DNA of 64,000 nucleotides from Macrostomum lignano (taxonomy: Eukaryota), in assembly GCA_002269645.1 (NCBI GenBank), contig NIVC01001593.1:199859-263858 (forward strand), read 5' to 3'. Under the pieces are notes generated by a model. It made no database searches and had not been told where the DNA came from. It worked only from the letters and a program-made list of their open reading frames with translations. This document shows, one piece after another, positions 45,201-58,101 of the stretch; the stretch's first letter is position 1; the number at the start of each line of letters is the position of its first letter. The translations under genes were made by a program, and so were the position numbers.

Positions 45201-48200
45201 AGTCTCACCCGACGCCCTCCGCCTGCGACAGTCAAGCCGCCAGTGCAGGAACAGGTCCTGACCGACTCCCTCGAATGACACGGTCAGCGGGGAGCCGAGC
45301 GATCCAGCGATGCCAACCGCGGCCTCGGCTGGCGGCAACTCTTTGATCACCCGGCCGGTGGAACCGTCGAGGACGACGAACTGAGAGAGTCGGTGTTGAA
45401 ATGAGTTAAAAAAATTGTAAGTATGATAGAATGATAGGATGATCGATAGAGTGACTTTAGAATCAACAGGGTGACATCGGGATCAACAGGGTGACATCGG
45501 GATCAACAGGGTGACATCGGGATCAACAGGGTGACATCGGGATCAACAGGGTGACATCGGGATCAACAGGGTGACCTCGGGATCAACAGGGTGACATCGG
45601 GATCAACAGGGTGACGTTAGGATCAACAGGGTGACATCAGGATCATCAGAGTGACATCAGGATCAACAGGGTGACATCGGGATCAACAGGGTGACATCGG
45701 GATCAACAGGGTGACATCGGGATCAACAGGATGACGTTAGGATCAACAGGGTGACATCAGGATCAACAGAGTGACATCAGGATCAACAGGGTGACATCAG
45801 GATCAATAGAGGGACATTAAAATGAACAGAGTGACATTGGGATCAACAGAGTGACATCAGGATCAATAGAGGGACATTAAAATGAACAGAGTGACATTGG
45901 GATCAACAGAGTGACATCAGGATCGACAGAGGGACGTCAGGATCAACAGAGTGACATCAGGATCAACAGAGTGACATTAGGAATAACAGAGTGACATCAG
46001 GATCAACAGAGTGACGTCAGGATCAACAGAGTGACATCAGGATCAACAGAGTGACATCAGGATAAACAGAGTGACATCAGGATCAACAGAGTGACATCAG
46101 GATCAACAGAGTGACATCAGGATCAATAGAGTGACATCAGGATCAACAGAGTGACATCAGGATCAACAGAGTGACATCAGGATCAACAGAGTGGCGTCAG
46201 GATCAACAGAGTGACATCAGGATCAACAGAGTGACACCAGGATCAACAGAGTGACATCAGGATCAACAGAGTGACGTCAGGATCAACAGAGTGACGTCAG
46301 GATCAACAGAGCGACACCAGGATTCAAACTTAGTGTACTACATTTAGAATCAACAGAGTGACATTCAGGATTAACAGAGTGACCAACAGCACCCCCGCAC
46401 TCACTCTCTGACTCCTGTAGACCGGATATCCGGGCCCCACGCAGTATTGCACAAAAAAGTCTGGCACCCGGTCTTGGCTGAAGAACCCCGGCGCCAGGGC
46501 CCACCGAACCTCCGCGCCTTTGACGCTACCGGGCAAATCTGCGCGCCAAACGGTTGACCGCACGCGCCTTTGGCTACCGAAAAGATGCGTAACATCAGCG
46601 GCCATCACGGAGCCGTTGAGCAGCGGCAGGATCAGCTCCGGCCGGCTGTCCGAGTTTAAATCGGCCAGGGTGGCCGGGCCGCCTAGCGGGCCTTTGTGCG
46701 ACACGCCTGATATGACGGGGGCGGCCTGCCGAAAGGTATTCAAATTTTAATAAATAAATAAAATAAATTTTTATATATTTTTTTCCTACTAATAGTGGAC
46801 AACATACGATAATATTCTGGCCTATGTCGGAAATTCTTCTCAGTATTTGTAGCTCTTGGCCAGCCGCAAATTTTCACCACAAGGGATTTTCTAGCCATTT
46901 GAGCTAAATATCTTCTGAAGGGACGCCAGCTACAGAGAGGGGCGCCAACTACAGAAGGGGCGCCAGCTACAGGAGGGGCGCCAGCTACAGGAGAGGCGCC
47001 AGCTACAGGAGAGGCGCCAACTACAAGAGGGGCGCCAGCTACAGAGAGGGGCGCCAACTACAGAAGGGGCGCCAGCTACAGAAAGGGCGCCAGCTACAGA
47101 AAGGGGCACCAGCTACAGGAGGGGCGCCAACTACAGAAGGGGCGCCAGCTACAGGAGGGGCGCCAACTACAGAAGGGGCGCCAGCTACAGAGAGGGGCGC
47201 CAACTACAGAAGGGGCGCCAGCTACAGGAGGGGCGCCAGCTACAGGAGGGGCGCCAGCTACAGGAGGGGCGCTTGCTACAGGAGGGGCGCCAACTACAGA
47301 GAGGGGCGCCAGCTACAGAGAGGGGCGCCAGCTACAGAGGGGGCGTCAGCTACAGAGGGGGCGCCAACTACAGAGAGGGGCGCCAGCTACAGGAGAGGCG
47401 CCAACTACAGGAGGGGCGCCAGCTACAGAGAGGGGCGCCAACTACAGAAGGGGCGCCAGCTACAGAAAGGGCGCCAGCTACAGAAAGGGGCACCAGCTAC
47501 AGGAGGGGCGCCAACTACAGAAGGGGCGCCAGCTACAGAGAGGGGCGCCAACTACAGAAGGGGCGCCAGCTACAGGAGGGGCGCCAGCTACAGGAGGGGC
47601 GCCAACTACAGAAGGGGCGCCAGCTACAGAGAGGGGCGCCAACTACAGAAGGGGCGCCAGCTACAGGAGGGGCGCCAACTACAGAGAGGGGCGCCAGCTA
47701 CAGAGGGGGCGCCAACTACAGAGAGGGGCGCCAGCTACAGAGAGGGGCGCCAGCTACAGAGGGGGCGTCAGCTACAGAGGGGGCGCCAACTACAGAGAGG
47801 GGCGCCAGCTACAGGAGGGGCGCCAGCTACAGAAGGGGCGCCAGCTACAGAAAGGGCGCCAGCTACAGAGAGGGGCACCAGCTACAGAGAGGGGCACCAG
47901 CTACAGCAGGGGCACCAGCTACAGAGAGGGGCGCCAGCTACAGAAGGGGCGCCAATTACAGAGAGGGGCGCCAGCTACAGAGAGGGGCGCCAGCTACAGA
48001 AAGGGTGCCAGCTACAGAGAGGGGCGCCAGCTACAGAGAGGGGCACCAGCTACAGCAGGGGCGCCAGCTACAGAGAGAGGCGCCAGCTACAGAGAGGGGC
48101 GCCAGCTACAGAGGGGGCGTCAGCTACAGAGGGGGCGCCAGCTACAGAGGGGGCGCCAGCTACAGAGGGGGCGTCAGCTACAGAGAGGGGCGCCAGCTAC

Positions 48201-51200
48201 AGAGGGGGCGCCAGCAATGAGGGTCCCTGTGACTGCTGCTAGAAGCTGGCTGCAACAAGCTGCTTGCAGTGAGTGCAATGGCTAATCTGGCTGACGGCCC
48301 TCTTTAGAAGATATTCAGGCGGGAAAAGCTCAATACTTGGCAGTCAATCCCCAGTCTTCTATAGCAATAAGCGTTGGGGCTTCTGTTATTCGTAAGGCTT
48401 TGAGTCATAAATTTGATAGAAGGAAAGCTGAAATGTTGTAAGCAGGAAACTGGCCAAGCCTATATGCATTAAGTGCATCTGTCCTATGGCTTGGACAAGA
48501 GAAGCAAGCATGGCTTCTTTAGATAAGCCGAAAAATAGTTAGCTAGGCATGCCTCGCGAGATGCAAGAATCCTACCCTTGCTGCGAAAGAATATTTCCCG
48601 AGAGAGAACTCGCTTCTAGAAGCACAGGATTTAGAAAGCATGCAGTATGCTTAGAAAATGCTTCTGAGCTGCTGGACCGGACCTACATGTACCTACCGGA
48701 CCTATTTCTTCTGTACCGAGCTCTGGTTTCTACTGCAGATGGGGCAGATAATGCACAGGAGGTTGGCAGATACGGTTGCTGAGTACTACTAATCTTTGAA
48801 AGACTATAGGTATTAGACTAAAGGTATGGACACGGTACGTTAGATTGATGCGGGGAAGACCCTAAAAAATTCTTGGAGATTTTCTGCCACTGCCGCTGCC
48901 ACTGCCGCTGCCGCTGCCACTGCCACTGCCGCTGCCACTGCCCTGCCACTGCCGCTGCCGCTGCCACTGCCACTGCCGCTGCCACTGCCCTGCCACTGCC
49001 GCTGCCCCTGCCACTGCCGCTGCCCCTGCCGCTGCCACTGCCCTGCCACTCCCGCTGCCCCTGCCACTCCCGCTGCCCCTGCCACTGCCACTGCCCTGCC
49101 ACTGCTACTGCCGCTGCCACTGCCCTGCCACTGCCGCTGCCCCTGCCGCTGCCGCTGCCCCTGCCGCTGCCACTGCCCTGCCACTGCCGCTGCCCCTGCC
49201 ACTGACACTGCCCTGCCACTGCTACTGCCACTGCCACTCCCGCTGCCCTGCCACTGCCACTGCCCTGCCACTGCTACTGCCACTGCCACTGCCACTGCCA
49301 CTGCTACTGCAACTGCCACTGCCACTGCCCTGCCACTGCTACTGCCACTGACACTGCCCTGCCACTGCTACTGCCACTGCCACTCCCGCTGCCCCTGCCA
49401 CTGCCACTGCCCTGCCACTGCTACTGCCACTGCCACTGTCACTGCCACTGCTACTGCAACTGCCACTGCCACTGCCCTGCCACTGCTACTGCCACTGCCA
49501 CTCCCGCTGCCCCTGCCACTGCCACTGCCCTGCCACTGCTACTGCCACTGCCACTGCCACTGCCACTGCTACTGCAACTGCCACTGCCACTGCCCTGCCA
49601 CTGCTACTGCCACTGCCACTGCTACTGCCACTGCCACTGCTACTGCCACTGCCACTGCCCTGCCACTGCTACTGCCACTGCCACTGCCACTGCTACTGTG
49701 ACTGCTACTGCCACTGCCACTGCCACTGCTACACCCACTGCCGCATACCTTAGCTGCCTCTCCAGAAAGCAGGAAAGTCTTCAATCGCAGCAGGTACAGC
49801 GCCCCACCTTGTCGGTCACCGTCTTCAAAGTCGCCGCCAGTTGAAAATAGAATCCTTCTTGATCCGTCATCACTGCCGCGTCCATTGTCGGCCAGCCGAA
49901 CAATTTGTGGCGGCAGGTGGACCGGCCGCCTGTCCGGGACATACTGCCAGGCCGTCTCCGCCCCGGTAGCGCCCGACAGCAGTAATAGTTCGCCCTTGGG
50001 CGGCAGTTCGTCAAGGTCGTCGCCTCCACCGCCCCTCGTCTGCACAAAATCCGGCACCCCGTCGACGTCCACGTCGCCTATGGGCTGCGCGGTGAAGTAG
50101 GCCTTGCGGCCTCGGGTGACCAGCGAGCGCCAGAGGCGGGCGCCCGTTGCCGCATCATGGGCGGACAACAGCTGAGGGCATTGTATGCAAAGCAGAGTCC
50201 ATGCCTTGTGCTTTGGTTGGTCTTGAATCGCCCAACAATTTGTGGGCCAATTTCCGTGCGAAAGGCCCAAACAGCAGCCTCAGTCAGCATTAAAAATCAG
50301 ACTCAGGCAGCAATAAACATCAGACTCAGTCAGCAATAAACATCAGACTCAGTCAGCAATAAACAGCAGCCTCAGTCAGCAATAAACAGCAGCCTCAGTC
50401 AACAATAAACATCTGCCTCAGGCATCAATAAACAGCAGCCTCAGGCAGCAATAAACAGCAGCCTCAGTCAGCAATAAACATCAGGCTCAGTCAGCAATAA
50501 ACTTCAGCCTTAGTCAGCAATAAACAGCAGCCTCAGTCAGCAATAAACATCAGACTCAGTCAGCAATAAACAGCAGCCTCAGTCAGCAATAAACAGCAGC
50601 CTCAGTCAGCAATAAACATCAGCCTCAGTCAGCAATAAACATCAGCCTCAGTCAGCAATAAACATCAGACTCAGGCAGCAATAAACAGCAGCCTCAGTCA
50701 GCAATAAACATCAGACTCAGTCAGCACTAAACATCAGCCTCAGTCAGCAATAAACAGCAGACTCAGTCAGCAATAAACAGCAGCCTCAGTCAGCAATAAA
50801 CATCAGACTCAGTCAGCAATAAACAGCAGCCTCAGTCAACAATAAACATCAGACTTAGTCAGCAATAAACAGCAGCCTCAGTCAGCAATAAACAGCAGCC
50901 TCAGTCAGCAATAAATATCAGCCTCAGTCAACAATAAACATCAGCCTCAGGTATCAATAAACAGCAGCCTCAGTCAGCAATAAACATCAGCCTCAGGCAG
51001 CAATAAACAGCAGCCTCAGTCAGCAATAAACAGCAGCCTCAGTCAGCAATAAACAGCAGCCTCAGTCAGCAATAAACATCAGACTCAGTCAGCAATAAAC
51101 AGCAGCCTCAGTCAACAATAAACATCTGACTTAGTCAGCAATAAACAGCAGCCTCAGTCAGCAATAAACAGCAGCCTCAGTCAGCAATAAACAGCAGCCT

Positions 51201-52771
51201 CAGTCAGCAATAAATATCAGCCTCAGTCAACAATAAACATCAGCCTCAGGCATCAATAAACAGCAGCCTCAGTCAGCAATAAACATCAGCCTCAGGCAGC
51301 AATAAACAGCAGCCTCAGTCAGCAATAAACATCAGCCTCAGGCAGCAATAAACATCAGACTCAGTCAGCAATAAACAGCAGCCTCAGTCAGCAATAAACA
51401 TCAGACTCAGTCACCAATAAACATTAGCCTCAGTCAGCAATAAACAGCAGCCTCAGTCAGCAATAAACATCAGACTCAGTCAGCAATAAACATCAGCCTC
51501 AGGCAGCAATAAACAGCAGCCTCAGCCGGCAATAAACATCAGCCTCAGGCAGCAATAAACATCAGACTCAGTCAGCAATAAACATCAGCCTCAGGCAGCA
51601 ATAAACAGCAGCCTCAGCCGGCAATAAACAGCAGCCTCAGTCAGCAATAAACATCAGACTCAGTCAGCAATAAACATCAGACTCACCCCGCCGCGTCCGC
51701 CAACCAGGCAGTCCGGCAGGCCGTCCTTGTTGAGGTCGGCCTCGCAGCTGACGGCCATCGGTCGCTGCTCCAGTCGGCTCCGCCAGATGGTCTGCCCGGT
51801 GGCGCCGTCCAGAGCTTCGATGCCGCCTGCGCAGGCTGAGGCCGGCGTTGTCGAATCTGAGCAATCAGCACCCATCGGTACCAACCTGTCGAAGTCTGGG
51901 ATCGAAGTTGGAGTAATATTAACTCCTTTAAGGACGCGGGACGGTTGCTATGGAAACCTGAGGTTGCTATGACAACCCAGATGTTGCTATGTCGATAATG
52001 ATTTTAGAATGTCAATATGACACGGGTGTATTGCCATGGTAGCACGGGTAGATTTTGCGTGAGATATAAAACGGCTGTTGCTATGGTGACAGAGGGATGT
52101 TGCCATGGAAACATCTAAAATTATATTGGAGCAGTTATGCAATATAACAAATCACCTTGGCCAAACGTGAGAATGACATCCGGCACGCCGTCTTGATTGA
52201 CGTCCAGCAGGCGCAGCGGGCCGCCAGTGCTCAGCCGCGGGAACACCCGACGCCAGACGGACTGCACGCTGATGCTCGAACAGGCGGCCTCGGCTGGCAG
52301 CGTCCGCTGAGAAGCCGTCGCCGAGGTCGCAGCCGAGTTCGATCGGTGCAGAGCGTAGGCAGCGGCAGTGGCGAGCAGGACTATGGTAGCGATGGTGGCC
52401 GTGGCGGTAGCGACGGCGGCGGTCAAGGGGCAGCCAGCCAGAAATCGTCGGTGATGACGCCGATTTCGCAAAGCCTGACGACCTCGCCAGAGACGGCGGT
52501 GGCCGCGAAGCTCGACGTCGCCGCCGCCGTCGACGTTCTCATCGATTTCGTCGCCGCACCCGACGCCATCGCGTGGCGGCACCAGCGGCCGCCGATCGAC
52601 GTCAGTTCCATCCTCTTCAATGTCGTCGGCGTCTTCGTCGACTTCGGCAACGTCAGTCGATGTCGGCGCTGCGTCGACAGCAATGTCGCTGAGAGGCCAC
52701 CGGTCGTCGACCAGGTCGATCAACGACTCCGTGGTGACAGTCTCCGACTGCGAGATGGTCTGCTTTTTCTT
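42278..52771 (-). CDS. FAM234/ITFG3-like type II membrane protein with FG-GAP beta-propeller, at least 9 exons and about 765 aa; start exon not located
   Basis: Exons 52771-52156, 51895-51687, 50171-49749, 46725-46405, 45380-45209, 44335-44225, 43426-43262, 43175-43034, 42416-42278. All GT-AG with matching phases. Acidic cytosolic N-terminus, TM LTAAVATATATIATIVLLATAAAYAL, Ca-binding loops DVNQDGVPD, DLNKDGLPD, DVDVDGVPD, DLNSDSRPE, SPLTVSFEGVGQDLFLHW, C-terminal EQRWTAYMGNRADG. Confidence 0.88.
42450..43033. repeat. ~25-bp minisatellite filling the last intron, about 23 copies
   Basis: Unit CAGATAAACACCATCACTTCACTCA. On the sense strand each unit contains GTGAGT and the array starts at the donor. 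Confidence 0.95.
43598..44212. repeat. 20/22-bp intronic minisatellite
   Basis: Unit CAGTGACCGGAACCCACAG[G/A]CA. Confidence 0.95.
44353..45090. repeat. 20-bp intronic minisatellite, about 37 copies
   Basis: Unit ACTATAATCAACAGAGTGAC. Confidence 0.97.
45460..46385. repeat. 20-bp intronic minisatellite, about 46 copies
   Basis: Unit GATCAACAG[A/G]GTGACATC[A/G]G. Confidence 0.97.
46920..48216. repeat. 18-19-bp GC-rich intronic minisatellite, about 70 copies
   Basis: Unit GGGCGCCA[G/A]CTACAG[A]GAG. Confidence 0.96.
48885..49742. repeat. (GCCACT)n-based compound micro/minisatellite
   Basis: 6-bp units with periodic GCCCT/GCTACT variants; starts ~6 nt after the exon donor at 49748. Confidence 0.95.
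50272..51686. repeat. 23-bp intronic minisatellite, about 61 copies
   Basis: Unit CAGCAGCCTCAGTCAGCAATAAA / CATCAGACTCAGTCAGCAATAAA; the first sense-strand unit overlaps the donor GTGAGTCTG. Confidence 0.97.
51944..52112. promoter_or_regulatory. Cluster of RFX X-box-like motifs in a 260-bp intron
   Basis: GTTGCTATGGAAAC (51944), GTTGCTATGACAAC (51963), GTTGCTATGGTGAC (52077), GTTGCCATGGAAAC (52099), plus two weaker copies. Confidence 0.4.
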
Positions 52772-54461
52772 CTGGATTGGAAAGTATTTCCTTTTTATCT
52801 CATATGCGCAGATGTACTTAAATAATAATTGTCTTATTTTAAAAATCGAATAAAATAAATAGTACTTCACTAAATACTTTAGAGGAAATCCTCAATATAA
52901 TTCAACAATTCAGGTAGTCTACTGTCAATTAGATAATATAATGGATAGACCATAATAGCTTAATGCATTTTGCTGGGTAAAATATAAACTGAGATGCTTC
53001 TTTTTTCTATGTTTATAGATACACATAATATTTATGAATGTACTATGTCTGTATGAAATATAGAGGATAAATTTTCCATTTAGGATTGATTTCTAGAAGA
53101 TATTTTTATAATATAAAACAGTGAATTAATATATGAATTTTTGTGCTAAAAATTAGGATTTTATAGTCCCTTACCTATAAAATATCTTCTTGAATTTCAT
53201 AACTCTATAGTGATAAAAATCATAACAACTGCTCGCTGATGCTTATTAAGAAATATTGCTATTAAGATACAGCAACTCGAGTGTTTAAAATCCTTTAAGA
53301 TAATAAATATTTCAGAGCTGAAGTATATGTAAATTTTCAGTTACTAGGGCCTATTTGAGAACTTTAGAAACGACTTTAATAGTCACAACATTTTCAAATA
53401 TTTTATTCCGCAAGTAATGCTGATGCAATTATGCATTACTTTTTTGTTATATTCATGCTATTTAAAACATTTTTAATTGGTACTCTTTCTAATTTATCAT
53501 TAGCCGCTATATAGATTGAAATCGAAGTAAGTAGTTTGTCAATTATATCGTCTCCTAATTCATTTGAACTCTCCTAATTCATTTGTTACTTGTTCAACTC
53601 TTCTTACCTATTCATAAAGTATTTTACCTAGCTCTATCTCTAGGAAAATTTAAATGTTATTAATTGGTGTTCATGAGAAAAGGTTGGTATGTAAATGGGG
53701 AAATAAAAAAGAAAAAATATTTTGACTTGGTTCTGCTCCAGCTTACATAATGAGCCGGGTCGTTCTTAAAGTTTAGTCGAAAACAGTGAAACAAATATTT
53801 TTGAAAATCAGCCTGAAATATTAAATCTTTTCTTATTGTAGCTCTAAAAGGACTTAAAATATAAATGCCTCTCATGGGTCTTAATCTTTTTTAACATTGA
53901 ACTTTTGATGTTAATCTCAACAGAGTGCGCTATTTCATTTTTCGATATATATTTTTATTATCGCACGAGCTATAATACCCACTTTAGAGAAGCTACATTC
54001 TGTTCACGTGGTCTTATTAAAGAAGAAAATTGATAAATGTTATTTATATCTTTGGTTAGCACAACCTAGAACCCATTTAACTCTTTCGATTGCAAAGCAG
54101 ATGTTGTTATTTCGATTTTCGCTAGAAACGTAACATTATTAATGATTAAAAAATCCACTTTTAATTAATTTGTTCTGTTGATGGAATCAGCTAATAGCTG
54201 CGTTTTCTGATGTTTTTTTAAGAAAGATAGTCATATCTAACACTAAAGTATCAATTAAGGCAGTTTCATTCAATATTAAAAAAGAAAAGTTAATTAAATT
54301 CAATTTTAAGTTTTTTTCAATAGCACAAAATTAACCTAACAAAGAGAGATTTAGCTGACTACAACAAAGCAAGTAGCACCAAAGTTATTTTAATTCAAAG
54401 TCCTCATCTGTGGGATGAGAAAAAGTACCACTTTTTTGTCTCTAGTTAGGTCGAAGTGCAG

Positions 54462-54532
54462 TCCGGAAAAATTGCCAACGAGGAGCGAAGCGAGCGAAGC
54501 GAGCGTAGCTCCTCGTTGGCAATTTTTTCGGA
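54462..54532. other. Long DNA hairpin capped by three GC-GNA-GC mini-hairpin motifs
   Basis: Perfect 20-bp stem 54467-54486 / 54508-54527 (about 25 bp with one mismatch); top reads GCGAAGC-GA-GCGAAGC-GA-GCGTAGC. Confidence 0.85.
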
Positions 54533-55547
54533 CAAACGAGACCGAGATAAGATGTCCCGGAGACTCCCCCAACGTAAAATCAACGTTTTAGAAAATAAAA
54601 TTGATGCAGAGTTAAAACCACTTGAGATGAAACCATGTGTGACCCCTCTATGGACGTAAAACATTTAGGGCTACAAGATGTGTGACGTGAAAGTTCCATA
54701 GCAACGCGTCTTGGTTGCCATGGCAACAAAAAAGTGACTTTTTTTAGACCCGTCCAAATCTTGAATCTCAAAAAATAAGGATTCACAATATGGAGTCAAA
54801 AATTGATTGAACCCAACTTTTGGCGAATTTTCAGACCTTCAAGACACTGATTGGTTATTTTCCGCTAAATGCTTACCTTGATAGGTAATTCTGTAAAAGT
54901 GTGTTTTTTAAGTGTCAAAAAATGCGCATTTTTATCAACTTTCAACTGACGCAGCTCAAAGGTCGCGCGTCAGCGCGACCTTTGAGCTGCGTCATTCTAA
55001 CAATGGCACCTGGGACTCTTACATGACGCACGACTTTAACCAAGATACTCACTTTAACTGTACATTCGCACCTGTTAATTACATTCGAATATTCGACGGG
55101 TAGGTATTCGAACCGAAATAAAGGAAATTCAACCTTGTTGCGAGACTCTAAAAAGTACATGAATGCGGTCATTTAGGTAAGATCTACATGTTTATAATAC
55201 ATTTTGAGCCGTTTCGTTGCACTGACTCTGAGCCATACACTGCTAAAGTCGATAAACGTGATTTAGGCTATTTTTATGTATTTTTCATGATACAAATGTA
55301 CAAAAAATAAGAAACGACGACATGCTAGGAAAATCAGACTTTTTAGGCAAGGTGCACAACTAAATTGCGCACAATATGTATATTTTGAAATTTCGTCTTA
55401 GTTTATTGAAGTCGCTGCCGGTACAGAAATGTACTTTAACGACGGTACGGGGGGCTTGCATATCGAACATACTTTTTAGCCTGTAACTTTTGAGCGGATT
55501 ACCGGAGCGCGACGCGCTTGGTGTCATTGAACTACATTTTAGATGTA

Positions 55548-56608
55548 CTTTAATTTGAATGTATGTTCGCTGTCATTGCACGATGCGTTGTACACCTCAG
55601 GTCAGGTCACGTGACTTGCTGGAAATGAAATAATGACTTTGTACCTATACTAAGGATAGGTGAAGCGTAAGAATGAACCAAAATTTGTACTTATTAGAAA
55701 CACCTAGATGACTACTGTCAGAAAAAATGATATTCACGTCTGTCAGTTGCAAAATTTTGTTATAATTGACTTTTAAAATCGAAAAACGTGATTTTGTGCA
55801 AAAACAACCTATATGAGCACACATAGGGTGAAAAATTTATTGATTTTCGCTATGAGGTTCTTAGCTTCCAAGAGCACTATTGTGCCCAGTAAACACGTAC
55901 AGATGACTGCTATCTTCGTTAGTGTGCGAAAATTCGTATTTTTACGCTAATAACATTTACCGAATTACGAGGTTCCGGTGTTATGCGTTTTTTTGCTATA
56001 TTTCACGCTGCCATTTATTAACGATGCTACGCCAGGCCTTCAGTGTGGTGTCAATAGTTAGCATTTAAAAAGTGCTTTAATTTGAGTGTATGTTCGCTGG
56101 CATTGCACGATGCGTTGTACACCTCAGGCCAGGTCACGTGACTTGCTGGAAATGAAATAATGACTTTGTACCTATACTAAGGATAGGTGAAGCATAAGAA
56201 TGACCCATATTAGTACTTATTAGAAACATCTAGATGAATACTCTCAGAAAAAGTGACATTCACGTCTGTCAGTTGCAAAAAAAATTTTTAATTGACTCTC
56301 AAAATCGAAAAACGTGATTTTGTGCAAAAACAACCCATTTGAGCACTACATAGGGCGGAAAATATATTAATTTTCGCTATGAGGTTCTTAGCTTCCAAGA
56401 GCACTATTGTGCCCAGTAAACACGTACAGATGACTGCCATCTTCGTTAGTGTGCGAAAATTCGTATTTTGACGCTATTAACATTTTACCGAATTACGAGG
56501 TTCCGGTACTATGCGTTTTTTTGCTATATTTCACGCTGCCATTTATTAACTATCCTACGCCAGGCCTTCAGTGTAGTGTCAATAAATAGCATTTAGCAAG
56601 TGCTTTAA
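55548..56608. repeat. Two tandem copies of a 527/528-bp unit
   Basis: CTTTAATTTGA[A/G]TGTATGTTCGCTG starts at 55548 and 56075; the copies are colinear with scattered substitutions. Confidence 0.93.
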
Positions 56609-58101
56609 GATGACATCATGCGCATTGCGTTGCGTAAAAGTGTGGGTCCACAGTTTCGTAACAAGTTAAAATGACCTGATTTCGCAAAAATCTTTAAAAC
56701 AAAAAATACCAAATAGGTAACTAAAAAGCCTTTTGAAACTGAATAAAAAATGCACATAAAAGTGCTATTTTGTAACGTAAAAAGTCTTGCGTCCTGCAAA
56801 AATCTTCTATGGTGACTTTTTGGAGCCGTGAAGTGTAAAAACGTGCGCATTTTTAAAGCTGTTGAACTTACTTTTTGAGGTATATTTTGAAAATAGGCAT
56901 TTTATAAATTGTATAACAAAATTTAATTGAAGAAAGCAATAAGGTAAAATAGAATTCGAAATTATTTAATTTTGAAATAATTAAACTGTACATTTCAGTC
57001 GTTCTGTTCCTTATAATTTCTACAAAAATTTAAATTTAAATCGGTTATGTTAACAGTAGTTTATTGCTGTAGGACAAATTTGACCCCAAATTTTCAAAGC
57101 AACTTATCTAAGCAAACGCTATCTAAATCTGAAATATTTTCAAGCTTCAATCTGTAGCTATAATATTCGGTTTTGTTACGCTATTTATTCGTATCCTACT
57201 ACATTATATATAATTATTGTACAATATATTATATTCTACAAGTACAAGTTTTAATTGTAATATATTCAATTGTTATCAGTTTTACACTGTAAGTGTAAGC
57301 TTCAAATTTTATTTGAAATATAACTGAAGTATAGTACTTTAATATTATTTTATAGCTAATTAATTGTATTCTGCCAAATATTTACGTTTTTTTTCTCTGC
57401 TTTGCTTTTTGCTCCATATTTTTATAAATTATAGTCATATTTACATATATCTTTTAAAAGTACTCATCCTTTCACATTTTATTTTGTAGTTATCAGTCAA
57501 ATTTAACTTGAATTTTCCTTTTGTTTGCATAATTTTGACTTAAGACTTTAGTTTTGAAGTAAGTATTCTTTTTATTTCTTCATATGTTTAGCATAGTACA
57601 AATATCTGTAGTACTCTGCTTAATGGTAGAAGTTTGTGGACACTTTTTATAAATTCTGCTCAATTTATTATAAATTTAGCATTTTTGCTAGACAATATAT
57701 ACATGCCAATGCTCCTTATATCAAGCAATGCTTGAAAGTGCTAGACACTTAGTTTATGGTGAATTTTTACCAAGGGATGTTTTTTTGCTGATATAGAATT
57801 CCTAGAAGCATGTACAAAAACATGGAATATGCCTGAAAAAACTCTAGAAAATATGCACTAAATCCAAGAAAAAATGTTGAAAGCACAAAAACTACATGGC
57901 ACACACCGCCTATATGCCAGTATATTATGCTGCAGCATATTAATCCACAATCCAGTAGCAGTGCTAGTGTTCGTAGTTTAACTAAATTTGCCACCAGAAA
58001 AGAGTTGAGTTAACTTGGTAAAGAGTAGCATGTTTTCTGTGTTTAGCTAATTAGTTTCTTTATCATTCTGAAATATTTACTAACATGTTTATTTAGACAG
58101 G

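Noticed and set aside
48220-48880. Decayed ORF between two intronic arrays
   Set aside because: One plus frame looks protein-like with scattered stops, but no family could be recognised.
53747-53812. Phase-0 exon candidate (ADFQKYLFHCFRLNFKNDPAHY) as the missing 5' exon of the FG-GAP gene
   Set aside because: Good splice sites but no ATG inside it and AT-rich, non-coding-like composition; needs transcript data.
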